Part shown: in pieces, positions 48,086 to 59,100 of the stretch
Layout of the letters: every line of letters begins with the position of its first letter
Position numbering within the stretch: position 1 is the stretch's first letter
From: Diplonema japonicum
Lineage: Eukaryota; Protista; Euglenozoa: Diplonemea
NCBI GenBank assembly: GCA_964019335.1
Contig: OZ025750.1
Location: 252,492-316,491, forward strand
Reading direction: 5' to 3'
DNA length: 64,000 nt
The notes under the pieces: generated by a model
Told to the model about the DNA's origin: nothing
What the model saw: only the letters and a program-made list of their open reading frames with translations
The model's database searches: none
Made by a program: the position numbers and the translations under genes

Positions 48086-48933
48086 TTTTTTTTAAAAGGC
48101 CGAAGCAAAAAAGAAAGTGTACTTTTTCTGAGACCTGTAATGTTCTTATTCCCCCTCTCCCCCTCCCCATATGTTGTTTTTTTTATTTTATTCTTTTTTT
48201 TCCCTAATCCTATACCAATAGTGTCATTTTTCCGCGTTGCTACTGAAAATCAAAAAAAAGAAAGAAGAAGAAAAAAAAAGAAAAGTGTTCACGTACCCCT
48301 CAAGAGAAGAAAAAAAAAAAGAAAGTTGGAAAGATGAAAAGTAGCGATTTCTTTTTTTTCTTTTTTTTTTTTTTTTTTTTCCAAGCGGACATTAAGGTAC
48401 GTAAGGTGTCATAACTTTTCCAAACCCAATCTCGATTTCCGAGATAAACCTGCAAAAAAGAAAAAAAGGAAGAAAAAGAAAAAGAAAAGAGGAGAAAAAA
48501 AAAAAAAAAAAAAAGCAAGCGACGGAAGGGAGGCCATGCTCCTGGGGCCTAGAGACAAAAAAGAACAATACTAGAAGGAAGAAAAAGGCGAGGGAAGAAC
48601 AAGAAAGCTAAACAAAAAAGAAAAGAAACCCCTCACATAATAGATATCCTTTTTTTTTTTTTTTTTTAGAAATTCGAGCCTTTTCTCCTCACAACAAGTG
48701 ACCCTTCCCCTTACAAACTTCGATCTCCCAATCACTTATTTCTTTTCCTCCCCTCTTTTTTTTATATTTTTTTTATATCCTGTTGTCCTTTTTTTTTTTG
48801 TCACACCCCACCCCCTTTTTTATTCAACTTTTTTTATCGAGTTCTTTTTTTTTTTTCCGTTTCTTTTTTTTTTTTTGCCCTTTTCTATCTGTGTCATTTC
48901 AGGCCTTTTTATTTTTTTTCTTTTTCCAAAAAG

Positions 48934-51144
48934 ATGATGAAGATTGTAGTGGCACTGCTAGGTCTGCTAACAGGTACTCGTGCAGCATCGTTCTCTTGCG
49001 AAGGAAGCCTGAAGACTGTAACGAACGATGTGATCAAGCTGCCTTGTTCGATTGAGATTAAGTTCCTTAGAAAGGAGTTCAAACAAGAATTCTGGCTAGA
49101 GATGAAGGAGTGCGCCAAGGAGTTCCGGGTGTACGGCTCGACCAATTTAGGAAACTTTGACGAGATTGTGACCGAAGAGCACAACGAGGTGAAGTTCCCC
49201 GGCATAGGTAAGATCCCAGGCGGCTGCACCGCCATTAAGTTCAACAGTATTTCAACGAGCGAGGACGGGATCTCATTCTGCCCGACATTCGATTGCAGGT
49301 TCGTGAAGGACCCACCGTGCGTGTCTGTTTCCATCGACGACAGCTGCATGAGCAAGCAGTCCTGCGGCGACTGCATCACCACACCAGGATGCGGGTGGTG
49401 CTACGACAACGAACAATGCCTTCCCAAGGCAGCCTCCACAGACATCGATCGCTGCAAATACTGCGAAGACTGGACCTCCACCGAGTGCCCCGCTTGCCCA
49501 GAAAACTGCGGTGGGCACGGTGACTGCACATTACGATCTTGCAAATGCAACGACAACTGGACGGGGACAGGGACTTGCAACGTCTACCAAAAACCAACAT
49601 CCAAGCCGTGCCCGAACATGCTCGGGACCGTCAGGGAGCCCATCGCCTTCTCGCCCTCATCCTACGCCGGCGGGCTCTACCACAGCATGCTGTCTGTCAG
49701 CAGTGTTGCATACTTCGCCGTCGAGACCAACATGCCTCAGTATGACATCTTCGTCAGAGTGCACGACAGGGCGTCCGTGAAGCAGCACGACTACCGGTCT
49801 TCAAAAAACAGCCTCGGCGGTGCACCATGTGTGTCGCATGACAATAGTGTTGTCATTTCCCTGACGGACCCAAGCTTCCCTGCTGGTGCTGTTGTGTGGA
49901 TTGGGGTGCATGCTCCTCTTGGCACGGACGGGATGAAGGTCACGGTGACTCTTGGCACGTGCAGTGCTGGTTTTTCCGGTTGGCCCTGCGTTATCCCCGT
50001 TACTGACCTCCTGGTCATTGAAGACGAAGACACCCGAGGCAAGTCCCACACGTACTTAGAGACGCGCACAGTCGGTGTCATGAAAGGGGAGCAGCACCTT
50101 ATGCGGTTCCGCGTGCCGAGCGAGACCGTGAAGATCGTTCCACAGGTGCCCGACAGCATCGCAAAATACGTGACGACAGACCTCCTGCTGGAGGGGAAGA
50201 AGATCGACGGTAGCCGCCCCCCTCCTACAGACGACGCTGGTGTGCTCATCACGGTGAACAGCAACCTCGCCTCCGATTGGTTGGAGGTCCCGCTTACAAT
50301 CGGCTTCACGGTGTGCGAGACGACGAACTACGAAAGTGAATGTGAGGGTTTGATGCCGCATCTCCTTGTTGCGGGGCAGCCGTCTGTCAGTGTAGAGTGG
50401 CCGAAGCACTCGAAGTGGACGGTGGTGCAGTTCACAGTACCAAGCGGCGTGGGAAGGGTCATCATCACGGGGCAGACAAGCGCGGCTTCCCCGCGTCTTG
50501 TTGCGGACTTCAGAGTACGGCCCACGGAGAGATCGCAGTGGCAGGCGCACAACATGCATCTGGAGCTGGACCACCCTAGTGCAGGGCATTGGTTTGTCGG
50601 GATGTACACACCAGTTGGCACCCAGGTCGACGAGAGCGCAAACTTTATGTTAGAGATGTCAGACTGTGCGGAGTGCGGGGCGGCGTACTGTAACAAGACA
50701 TTCGGCAGCGTGGCACAGCGTGTCTGCTCACCGACAGACTGCCTGTCGCCATCACAGTCCAGTTCTGTGGACCTCGCACAGTGCTCGAACACAATGGTCG
50801 TAACGACACCCAGTCCCTCCGCAGAGACTGTTCTTATGGATGATGGAGGTGCTGATACGAACACTATGGTGGGCATCATCGTCGGTGCCTTCTTGGGTGT
50901 GTGTTTAGTTGCAACAGGTATTGCCGTGGCATACATGTACTCCAGGTGGAGAGTGAAGAAGGACCAGGAGCGTAGGGAGCAAGGCGGCTATGACTTTGCA
51001 CCCACTGCCGTCCCAGGCGATGAGATGCAGATGTCCGACACTGGATCGGATTTGGAAGCATGCTGTGAGCCGGCGCCCACCCCGGACCCTGCTGCTGCGA
51101 AGTCGATTAATAATGAGAATGTTGCGCAGGTGGATCAGGAATGA
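48934..51144 (+). CDS. Type I membrane protein with PSI and EGF-like domains and beta-rich extracellular modules
   Basis: Signal peptide, PSI (SCGDCITTPGCGWCYDNEQC), EGF (CPENCGGHGDCTLRSCKCNDNWTG..C), TM IIVGAFLGVCLVATGIAVAYMY and an acidic tail. Confidence 0.87.
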   Translation: MMKIVVALLGLLTGTRAASFSCEGSLKTVTNDVIKLPCSIEIKFLRKEFKQEFWLEMKECAKEFRVYGSTNLGNFDEIVTEEHNEVKFPGIGKIPGGCTAIKFNSISTSEDGISFCPTFDCRFVKDPPCVSVSIDDSCMSKQSCGDCITTPGCGWCYDNEQCLPKAASTDIDRCKYCEDWTSTECPACPENCGGHGDCTLRSCKCNDNWTGTGTCNVYQKPTSKPCPNMLGTVREPIAFSPSSYAGGLYHSMLSVSSVAYFAVETNMPQYDIFVRVHDRASVKQHDYRSSKNSLGGAPCVSHDNSVVISLTDPSFPAGAVVWIGVHAPLGTDGMKVTVTLGTCSAGFSGWPCVIPVTDLLVIEDEDTRGKSHTYLETRTVGVMKGEQHLMRFRVPSETVKIVPQVPDSIAKYVTTDLLLEGKKIDGSRPPPTDDAGVLITVNSNLASDWLEVPLTIGFTVCETTNYESECEGLMPHLLVAGQPSVSVEWPKHSKWTVVQFTVPSGVGRVIITGQTSAASPRLVADFRVRPTERSQWQAHNMHLELDHPSAGHWFVGMYTPVGTQVDESANFMLEMSDCAECGAAYCNKTFGSVAQRVCSPTDCLSPSQSSSVDLAQCSNTMVVTTPSPSAETVLMDDGGADTNTMVGIIVGAFLGVCLVATGIAVAYMYSRWRVKKDQERREQGGYDFAPTAVPGDEMQMSDTGSDLEACCEPAPTPDPAAAKSINNENVAQVDQE

Positions 51145-52542
51145 TTTTCTTTTTTTAGAAAAACAGTAGCATGCAAAAAGGGGAAATGGTCTCTTTTTTG
51201 AAAAGAAATGGGGGGAGGGGAAGAACAAAGATAAGTGAAACAATGTATGCAAGTGAATTTCCCCCCAAGGCAGAAAGGCGTCAGGTTGTGCCCTGTAGAC
51301 CTTCCAAAGAGCATATAATTGACGGGATTGGGGGGGGGAAAAAAGAAGTGATACAAAAAGAACAAGAGTTCTTTTGCTCTGGGCAGGGTTCATAATAACA
51401 GATTTTTAGAAATGTAGTACCTATCCTCTGATGACTAACCTTTTTTTTTGTTCGATTTTCCCTTTTTTTTTTGACCGTACCAAAAAAAAAAAGAAAGAAA
51501 AAAGAATAGAGACGGCGACAAAGGGCACGGGTGCACCTGGTTTAACGATATCATAGTTATGTACCATAAGGGTGCACACCCCCCCCTTTTTTTCCCAATC
51601 TTTTTTAAATTCTAATTTGGTACAATGAAGGGTCCATACACGCCCCCCCCCCCCCACTTTTTAATAAGGTTTAATGATTCTTATAAAGTCGTTGAGTTTT
51701 TTATGTGCTGTGACCCACCCCGCACGAGATACAAAAAAGAACTAAGTTGCGAGGTTTAGGGTTTGATATATTATCATAAGGAAAATTAAAAAGCTTTTTT
51801 TTCTTCTTCTTTTTTTTTTTCTCTTCCTTTTCTTCCCAATATACGACTTTTACCAACAAGAGAACAAAAAGGGTCACGACAAGGATTGAAGGGAGGGAAA
51901 AAAGAAAATGGGACGATTCTTTTATCTGTCTTTTTTTGTCCCCCCCCCTCGTATCCGTAAGAAAGCTTGTATCCTAATCAGGGTTTTAAATTAGAAAATG
52001 AAGAGTCTCATCGACGCTTTACTGATGGCGCACGAGTAGGTTGCCTTGTACACACCGTGTTCTCAGAACCTCCTTTAAAGTGATGACGGGAATGTCATGC
52101 CCGCTGACCAAGGTGCTGCATCGCAGGTGGGAACTCGAACACAGTTTTGATGCACACATCGTCCCCAGGGCCCGGTCTTCAACCATGGTGTGTGGGGCCT
52201 AAAAACCACGTCCCCGTCAGCGTGAGGTGACATCGAAACTGATACAACGACCGATAGGGCATGACAGTACAGCTCAGGGGTGCTACTTCAACGGCATCCG
52301 GTCGGACGCAGTCTGACGCCGAGAAATCTGTACAGGAGGCACAGGCTCCCTCTTGTGGTGATGATCTTCATCAGCGCCGCCACATGCCGCAGTCACCGTA
52401 GAGGAGGTTTCCACCATCTCGCACTCGGCGTCCGTTTATTTTTTCCCCTCTTTTTGTTACTCGAATGCAGTATGGTACCATGTTTACTTTTATTCTTTAG
52501 TTCAAAAACACCAGCTGGCAACGCTTCTGAAAAGGATTATAG

Positions 52543-52896
52543 ATGTCATCCCACATGCTTGTGCTTCTGGTGGTGCTGGTGGTGGGCATGGCGGCCGCGG
52601 GTGACAGGGACGAGCTGTGCTGGGACACCGAAAGTGGTGTAGCTGTGAAGACTAGCAACTGCACGTTCGGGTGCTGCATCGATGGCGACTGTGGAAGCGA
52701 AGGCCAGTGTGACAAGGCACACGATGCAGCAGTGGTTGCAAGTGCCGTAGCAGTCGGCTGCTGCTGTGGGTTGGCTGTCATGGCCTTCATGTACTGGAAA
52801 AAGATCGCTTGCTTCAAGTCTGTTGAGCCTCCCACTCCTTCGCCGTTTGCGACAGAGTTCCATCAGGCTCCCACTGTCATCTACACCCAGAGCTGA
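52543..52896 (+). CDS. Small Cys-rich single-pass membrane protein
   Basis: Signal peptide, 6-Cys ectodomain (C..CTFGCCIDGDC..C), TM containing CCC, Pro-rich tail. Confidence 0.7.
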   Translation: MSSHMLVLLVVLVVGMAAAGDRDELCWDTESGVAVKTSNCTFGCCIDGDCGSEGQCDKAHDAAVVASAVAVGCCCGLAVMAFMYWKKIACFKSVEPPTPSPFATEFHQAPTVIYTQS

Positions 52897-53441
52897 TCTT
52901 TTTCACTATTGTTTCCCTTTTATCTAATTGTTTAACAAGTACCTCAATATCTTTTTCTTTTTTGCACCAACGTGCCTGAAAGAAAAAAGAGGAAGAAAGA
53001 CAAAGCACCCGGATTCTATTTTGTTGTTAAAACCATGTCCTTCATAGGCTAAAGAAGAAAGAAGCTTTTTAAGAACTAAAACAGAAAAGGTACAGTGTTT
53101 CCTTCCTCGTCTATCCCTCACCCTTCCTGAAAAAAGGGGTTTTTTTCTTTTCTTTCCCTCTCTCTTTTTTTGCACCCACAGCATCTGCTGTGCATTCGGA
53201 CACCCAATCTTTCGAAAACTAGCTCTGGGGAACTCAAGGAGGGTCTCAAATATCACTTCTTTCGAAATATCGAAAGGAGGATGACACACCCTTTTATACA
53301 TACCCCACTTCTTATTTTATTTCTTCCTTCTTCCTCTTCGTTTATTTTACGAGCAGTTTTCTGTTATCCTCTCCCTCCCCCTTTTTTTTATCTGCCTCAG
53401 ATTTATGAACGTAACACACAGGATATAACAGATTCAGAAAG

Positions 53442-53756
53442 ATGGACTTCAAGGCGATTGCACTCAAGTTTCTTGACCTCCGTGTGAAGAAGGAGTACGA
53501 CGAGCTGATTGATCTCATTGACGAGAACTTCGCGCTTGACCATTTCAGGGACGGGAAGCTCAACGGGAAGGACGAGTACAGGAAGTACCTTGACGCCAAC
53601 GAGCCCCCCCCGGGCACCTGGGAGGAGCCCATCGTGGAGGGCAACGTCGTGAAGATCACCGGCCAGATCAAGAAGTTCATGATGAACTGGACGGTGCACA
53701 GCGCCCTCACCTTTACTGATGAGGGTAAGATCTGCGACATCAAGCTGTGGAGGTAA
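53442..53756 (+). CDS. SnoaL/NTF2-like small protein
   Basis: 104 aa with high GC3. Pattern DELIDLIDEN..GKDEYRKYL..FTDEGKICDI is typical of the fold. Confidence 0.78.
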   Translation: MDFKAIALKFLDLRVKKEYDELIDLIDENFALDHFRDGKLNGKDEYRKYLDANEPPPGTWEEPIVEGNVVKITGQIKKFMMNWTVHSALTFTDEGKICDIKLWR

Positions 53757-53988
53757 GAGAACCAACGGGCAAAATGACGCACACCCTCACGCGTACATTT
53801 TTCTTATTCCTTTCCTTCCCTTTTTTTTTTTTTTTTTTTCTTTCTTCTCTTTTCTTATGTGCGTTGAAGCAGCCGGTGCTGCCCCCTCAGAACCCCATCG
53901 AGGACTCAATAATCGCACTTTTTCTTCTTCTTTCTCCTTTCCCAGTTAAAACACGGTATTTTTTGGTAGATACAATCCAGCAGGCAAC

Positions 53989-55947
53989 ATGAGCAGCATG
54001 GATAAGTACAAACGCGGGGCGTCCATTGGAAGCGGTGGTTTCGGGAAGGTGTACAGCGTTGAGCGCATTGTGGACGGCGTGCAGTTAGCCATGAAGGAGC
54101 AGATCGCCTTCCACGAGGACGAGTCCAAGATGGAGGAGGTGCGCCACATGCTCGGGCTGGAACATAAGAACATCGTAAGCTGCGTCGACTTCTTCACCAC
54201 CACCACCACAACCACAACAGGGAAGACGAAGTGGACGCTGCACATTCTGATGCCGCTGTACAGCTGCGACCTCGACAAGCTCGTCAGGAACGAGGGGGGC
54301 ATCGGGAAGCAAAGGTGTATTAAGCTTGTAGCAGAGTTAGGAGAGGCTCTATGCTTCCTACACAAGAGAGGCTTCATCCACAGGGACGTCAAACCGCCAA
54401 ATGTCATGGTGTGCAGTCCCGGAGGCGATGTTGAGTTCGTGTTGGCCGACCTTGGGCTGTCAAAGGAAGCCCTCTGCACTAACAGCTACACCGGCACACC
54501 ACACTACATGGCCCCCGACATTTTAAGTCCTCCTTATACTAACAAGGTGGATCTATGGTCCCTCGGCGTCACGGCGTGCTTCGCTGTCTTCGGTGAGGAC
54601 GACGGTGAACTGATGCTAAGGCACCTGCATGGGAACTACGAGTTTGTAATAGAGAACGTGACGGAGTTGCTTGAGAAGAGCGTTGGTGCGCCGCTTGATG
54701 GTGTGCTGCTGAGACTGTTGTCAATGGAAGCGGATGACCGCCCTGCTGCAGAGGATATCCCGCTACTTTTGGGCGAGCGTGTGGTTCTCCTTGCGTGTGT
54801 AACCATCGGCGGGGACGAGAGAAAAAGGAAGATAGCTGTTTCGAAAGGTGCAGATGAGGACACGGTGCGTAAAGCTATCAGCCACGAGTTCAGAAACGTA
54901 GCGGGCATGGAAGAGATCAGCAGGCTGGAGATTCTGGACGAGGATTTCAACCAATTCGTAGATGTTGTCAAGGGAACGGAGTTCAAGGAGAAGAATACTG
55001 TTCGGGTTGTGTGTGCAGCTGTGTCCAGTTGCGATCCTCCGCACGTTGGCGGCACAAACACCACAACTAGCACAGTCCGTGAGGACCCCACAATGGATTT
55101 TACACCAACTGACTCACTGCTCAATGTGCCTGTTCATGAAGGCACAGGTGTTTCAATGAAGTACATGAAGCACATACCTAACGTCACAGTGGATACGTCG
55201 CAAGTAACGTTCCGACAAGAGAAGAGCACGATCCTCTTCTGCAACGACGGGGACAGGGCCATTTCGTACAAGATTCTCGTTGCAGGCAAGAACAAAAACA
55301 TATCAGTTAAACCACCTGAAGGCATCATAAACAGGCGCAGCGAGCACAAGGTCTTCTTACGGTACAAAGGCGAGTTTGGGGATATGAAGTTTCGGATCCT
55401 CGCCCGCGAGCTCGCCGACGGGAAGCACCAGATGGACCGCAGTCTGCACCTTGATGAGGATAAATTCGTGAATATAGATGTGGTGCGGCCTGTCTTGGTC
55501 ACCGTAGCCCCTGACCCTCTCACCTTCGACGGGGAAGGAAGGTGCGACGCGGTCATAAGCAACAATAGCGACAAGTGGGTAGCTTACAAGTTAAGGATAC
55601 TGACGAACCGCAAGTTCTGCAAGGTGCGGCCGACGATGGGGGTCTTGAGCAAAGGGGCTAAGACCAACGTCCAGTTTATTGCAAAGTCGGATCCCGAGGA
55701 GAGTGATGCACTTCGCATTCTATCGAAGGAGCTAACAGAGGACCAGGCCGCGATGGACGACCAGGAACTTGCAAAGATATGGAAGGAATGCTCTTTCAGG
55801 CAGCAACACTTGGGTGTTCGGCGCCTATGCGGGGAACAGACGGACATCGCGAGCCACTCAAAAGAAGCTCACGACCGAAGCGAGGCTGCTCACCAGGAAC
55901 CATATGGCACTACTCACAGCACTATCCCCGGAGCCACGCTCCGATGA
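53989..55947 (+). CDS. Ser/Thr protein kinase fused to two MSP (major sperm protein/VAP-type) domains
   Basis: GSGGFG, LAMKE, HRDVKPPN, DLG, GTPHYMAPD. Two C-terminal repeats of pattern N..D..(I/V)xYK....V(K/R)P..G.(I/L). Confidence 0.87.
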   Translation: MSSMDKYKRGASIGSGGFGKVYSVERIVDGVQLAMKEQIAFHEDESKMEEVRHMLGLEHKNIVSCVDFFTTTTTTTTGKTKWTLHILMPLYSCDLDKLVRNEGGIGKQRCIKLVAELGEALCFLHKRGFIHRDVKPPNVMVCSPGGDVEFVLADLGLSKEALCTNSYTGTPHYMAPDILSPPYTNKVDLWSLGVTACFAVFGEDDGELMLRHLHGNYEFVIENVTELLEKSVGAPLDGVLLRLLSMEADDRPAAEDIPLLLGERVVLLACVTIGGDERKRKIAVSKGADEDTVRKAISHEFRNVAGMEEISRLEILDEDFNQFVDVVKGTEFKEKNTVRVVCAAVSSCDPPHVGGTNTTTSTVREDPTMDFTPTDSLLNVPVHEGTGVSMKYMKHIPNVTVDTSQVTFRQEKSTILFCNDGDRAISYKILVAGKNKNISVKPPEGIINRRSEHKVFLRYKGEFGDMKFRILARELADGKHQMDRSLHLDEDKFVNIDVVRPVLVTVAPDPLTFDGEGRCDAVISNNSDKWVAYKLRILTNRKFCKVRPTMGVLSKGAKTNVQFIAKSDPEESDALRILSKELTEDQAAMDDQELAKIWKECSFRQQHLGVRRLCGEQTDIASHSKEAHDRSEAAHQEPYGTTHSTIPGATLR

Positions 55948-56134
55948 TTTTTGAACGAAAGACTTTATAAAGAATAAACTTGCACTTCTCCCGCCTAAAC
56001 ACCGAAGAATATTACCCATCGGTGGCAATAGGCGGGCGCTTTTTTTCTACTTTACTCTCTTGCTTCTAGTGTTTAATTAGTTTGACCTCAATAACTATCG
56101 GGGGCAATCACTACATCAGGATTTGGCCAAAAGA

Positions 56135-59100
56135 ATGGATGTATCAGCACTGGTGGCAGTTGTGACATTTGTGTCATGCTGTGTAAGCAGTGGTGTGGTG
56201 CTGGGTCTGAGTCAAGGAGGCGTTCATGTGGGTATCAGTTCGTCCGCGGTACCCTTGCTGTCTATTCTCTGCACGGCGGCTGCTGTATTGGTGGTTAGAA
56301 AGTATCTTGTGGGGCCTTTGCGGTCGGCGAACAAGTTCCTTGCATTGCTTTCTCGCGGCGCGAGTGAAGCAGCCTTTGATGACCATGCAGTGTTTAAACA
56401 TCTAGAAGAGACACGACACCTGCGCGACCTTCTCTTCTCCCTGCAGCATTCGATAAGGCCGGAAGAAGAACAAATACTCCCTGAGACATCTAACTCGAGC
56501 TTGAGGGAACAGATCTTCACGCCTGTCGATGTTGAAATACCGAAGGGGAAGGTGACGTTTGTATTTACGGATATTGAAGCTTCTTCTGTGTTGTGGAAAC
56601 AGCACCCTGATGACATGAAGGCAGCTATGCGGCTGCACAACACTACGATACGGATTGTGTACTCGCGGTACCAAGGTTACGAGGTGAAGACCATTGGGGA
56701 CGCCTTCATGCTGACGTTTGACCAAGCAAACAATGCCGTGCGATTCGCGTGCGATGCGCAGCTAGAGCTGCTGAACTGTGACTGGCCCGAGAACATTCTC
56801 ACCGACAACCTCTGTGCGCCCATCACTCGTGCAGGGCAGCTTATCTACCGTGGAATGCGCGTCCGCATGGGCATGCACACCGGCGAGGTTGCCATGGAAA
56901 TAGACCCCGTCAGTAATCGTGCTGACTACTTCGGCCACACAGTCAACACCGCAGCTCGTATCGAGTCCGCAGGTGCTGGTGGTTGCATCGTTTGCTCTTC
57001 TGTCGTGATACAGAACATCAACCCATCCATGCTGAGCTGCACCATCGTACCCCTCGGCACGATTGAGCTCAAGGGCGTCGGGCAGCGCACATTGCACGGT
57101 ATCATCCCCACTTCTATCAGTGAGCGAGGCGCTAGACTTTCCCGCAAGAAGGTTTCGTCAGGGAGTTCCTTAAGGGAGAACTCCATGAAGAGCCCAAGCT
57201 CCAACCACTTAAGTGTCTCGAAAGGTAAGTTCTACAAAATGCTGTTCAGAGATCTCTACAGCGACCGCTTGCAGTCCGACGGTCTGATACGATCGATCGT
57301 CGGCAGGTTCTTGTCGTCCGATGAGCTGCAACCGTTGAACGCGACTGTGGTTCAAATCCGCATCGGGGTAAACTTCAAGGAGCTCCACCACCTGCTGTCC
57401 ACTGTAGGAACGTTAGGAAGGAGAACGTTTGGTGTGATGCTGAACACAGCAACCACAACAGTGACGCTGGTGTGGATGTGCCAGGCTCACGCTGTCCAGG
57501 CGGTGAGCTTCGTCGCGTCTTTGTACTCGGAATTAGGATTAGGATCGGGCTCAAAGCTGCACGTAGGAATGGCCAGCGGTGGGGTTATGTTTGGGATCAC
57601 AAGCCCCGGCGAGGAGAAGCACATCATAACATGCGTAGGAGCACCTGTCGATTTATCTTTTGCATTGGCAGAAGCTGCAGAGATGCTGGAAATGACATGT
57701 TTAGTACCTAGTACCATTGCGGCAGGAGTGCCATCGCTGACCAGGCTTCTCCGCCCTATTGACCGCTGGCCCTTTCACGGGGCCACCCAGACTTATGCCG
57801 AAGTCAATGAGCTGCACATCCCTGCGCTGGCCAACGCGGAGAAATGGGACATCCTGTATGGCATGTACGAGGACACCACATGGTGCGATGCGTCATACAG
57901 GGCTGCCTTCGACGATGTGCAGAACGGCGACCTCACTAAAATGAAAGAAATAGGAAAAAAGTGGCCTGACGATATGGTCGTTAGGAGGATCCTGCAGAAT
58001 GACGGAGTGTGCCAGACCAGGGCCATCTACCTCCCTGGTCAGCACGTGGCAACTAGCTCTTCCAGTTCCAGCGATAAAGAGAACATGGAAGAGGCATGGA
58101 AGCGTGCGACGGCGGCATCAAAGTCGTCACGCACAGAGATGGTGTTCATGGAAGGGTGGGCGTACGACGTGTCAGCCTTCATGCACACTCATCCGGGAGG
58201 GATGGAGATACTAAGGGAGCACCTGGGGAAGGATATCTCAGATTTGTTCAGGGGCCACGGCGAGGGAAGGGTTCACGACCACAGCGCGTACGCTGCAGAT
58301 GTACTGCGCACCTTACGAGTCTTCAGAACGGACAACCTTGCGACGAACGAGTCCAACATGATGATCGTGCGCGACACATGGCAGCAGCTCCAGTCCGTCG
58401 GGCTGAAGGAGATAGGTGTGTTGCTCTTCAAAAACCTGTTCGAGATGCACCCGGAGTACCTACAGCTATTCCCATGGGGAAGCACAAACGGCGTATACGA
58501 GTCACAAGTATTGGCGGAGCACGGGCTTCAGGTGATGACCGCTGTGAACAAAGCTGTGACGGACTTGTCAAATTCTCACGAGGTGGCGCATATCCTGCAC
58601 GAGCTTGGAAGGACGCACATCAGGTACGGGATATCGAAGCACATGTTCGACGTGGTTGGCATTGCGTTTGACGTAACGTTACGAGCTGCGCTGCAAGAGA
58701 GGTACACACCACAGGTGCGCCATGCGTGGGGTGAAACCATTCGTCACATCATGCTGATGGCGAAGGATGGTGTTGCGGACACACACGAGGAGAGCGAGTC
58801 TGCGGTTGCGGCCGATGAGTACCGCTCGTTGTATTACAAAAGGCGCGAGGCACGCACGCACAACACAACGCTGTTCGTGTTCCATCTCAATGGGGTCTCT
58901 TCGCAGTACTTCGCACCGGGTTCGCACGTCAGCGTCCGCTTTAATGGAAAGCTCTCCCGGCCGTACTCCATCTTGAACGTGCGCAACGACGAGATCTGGC
59001 TCCTGATCAAGCTGAACCACGGCAGGCAGAGCTCAAAGGAGCTGAACAGTTTGACAACCGACTCTCTTGTAGGGATCCGCGGTCCGCTTCTCGCGGAGCA

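Noticed and set aside
53751-53757. AG|GTAAG donor-like site at the end of the SnoaL-like gene
   Set aside because: TAA closes a complete-looking domain, and no downstream exon is needed.
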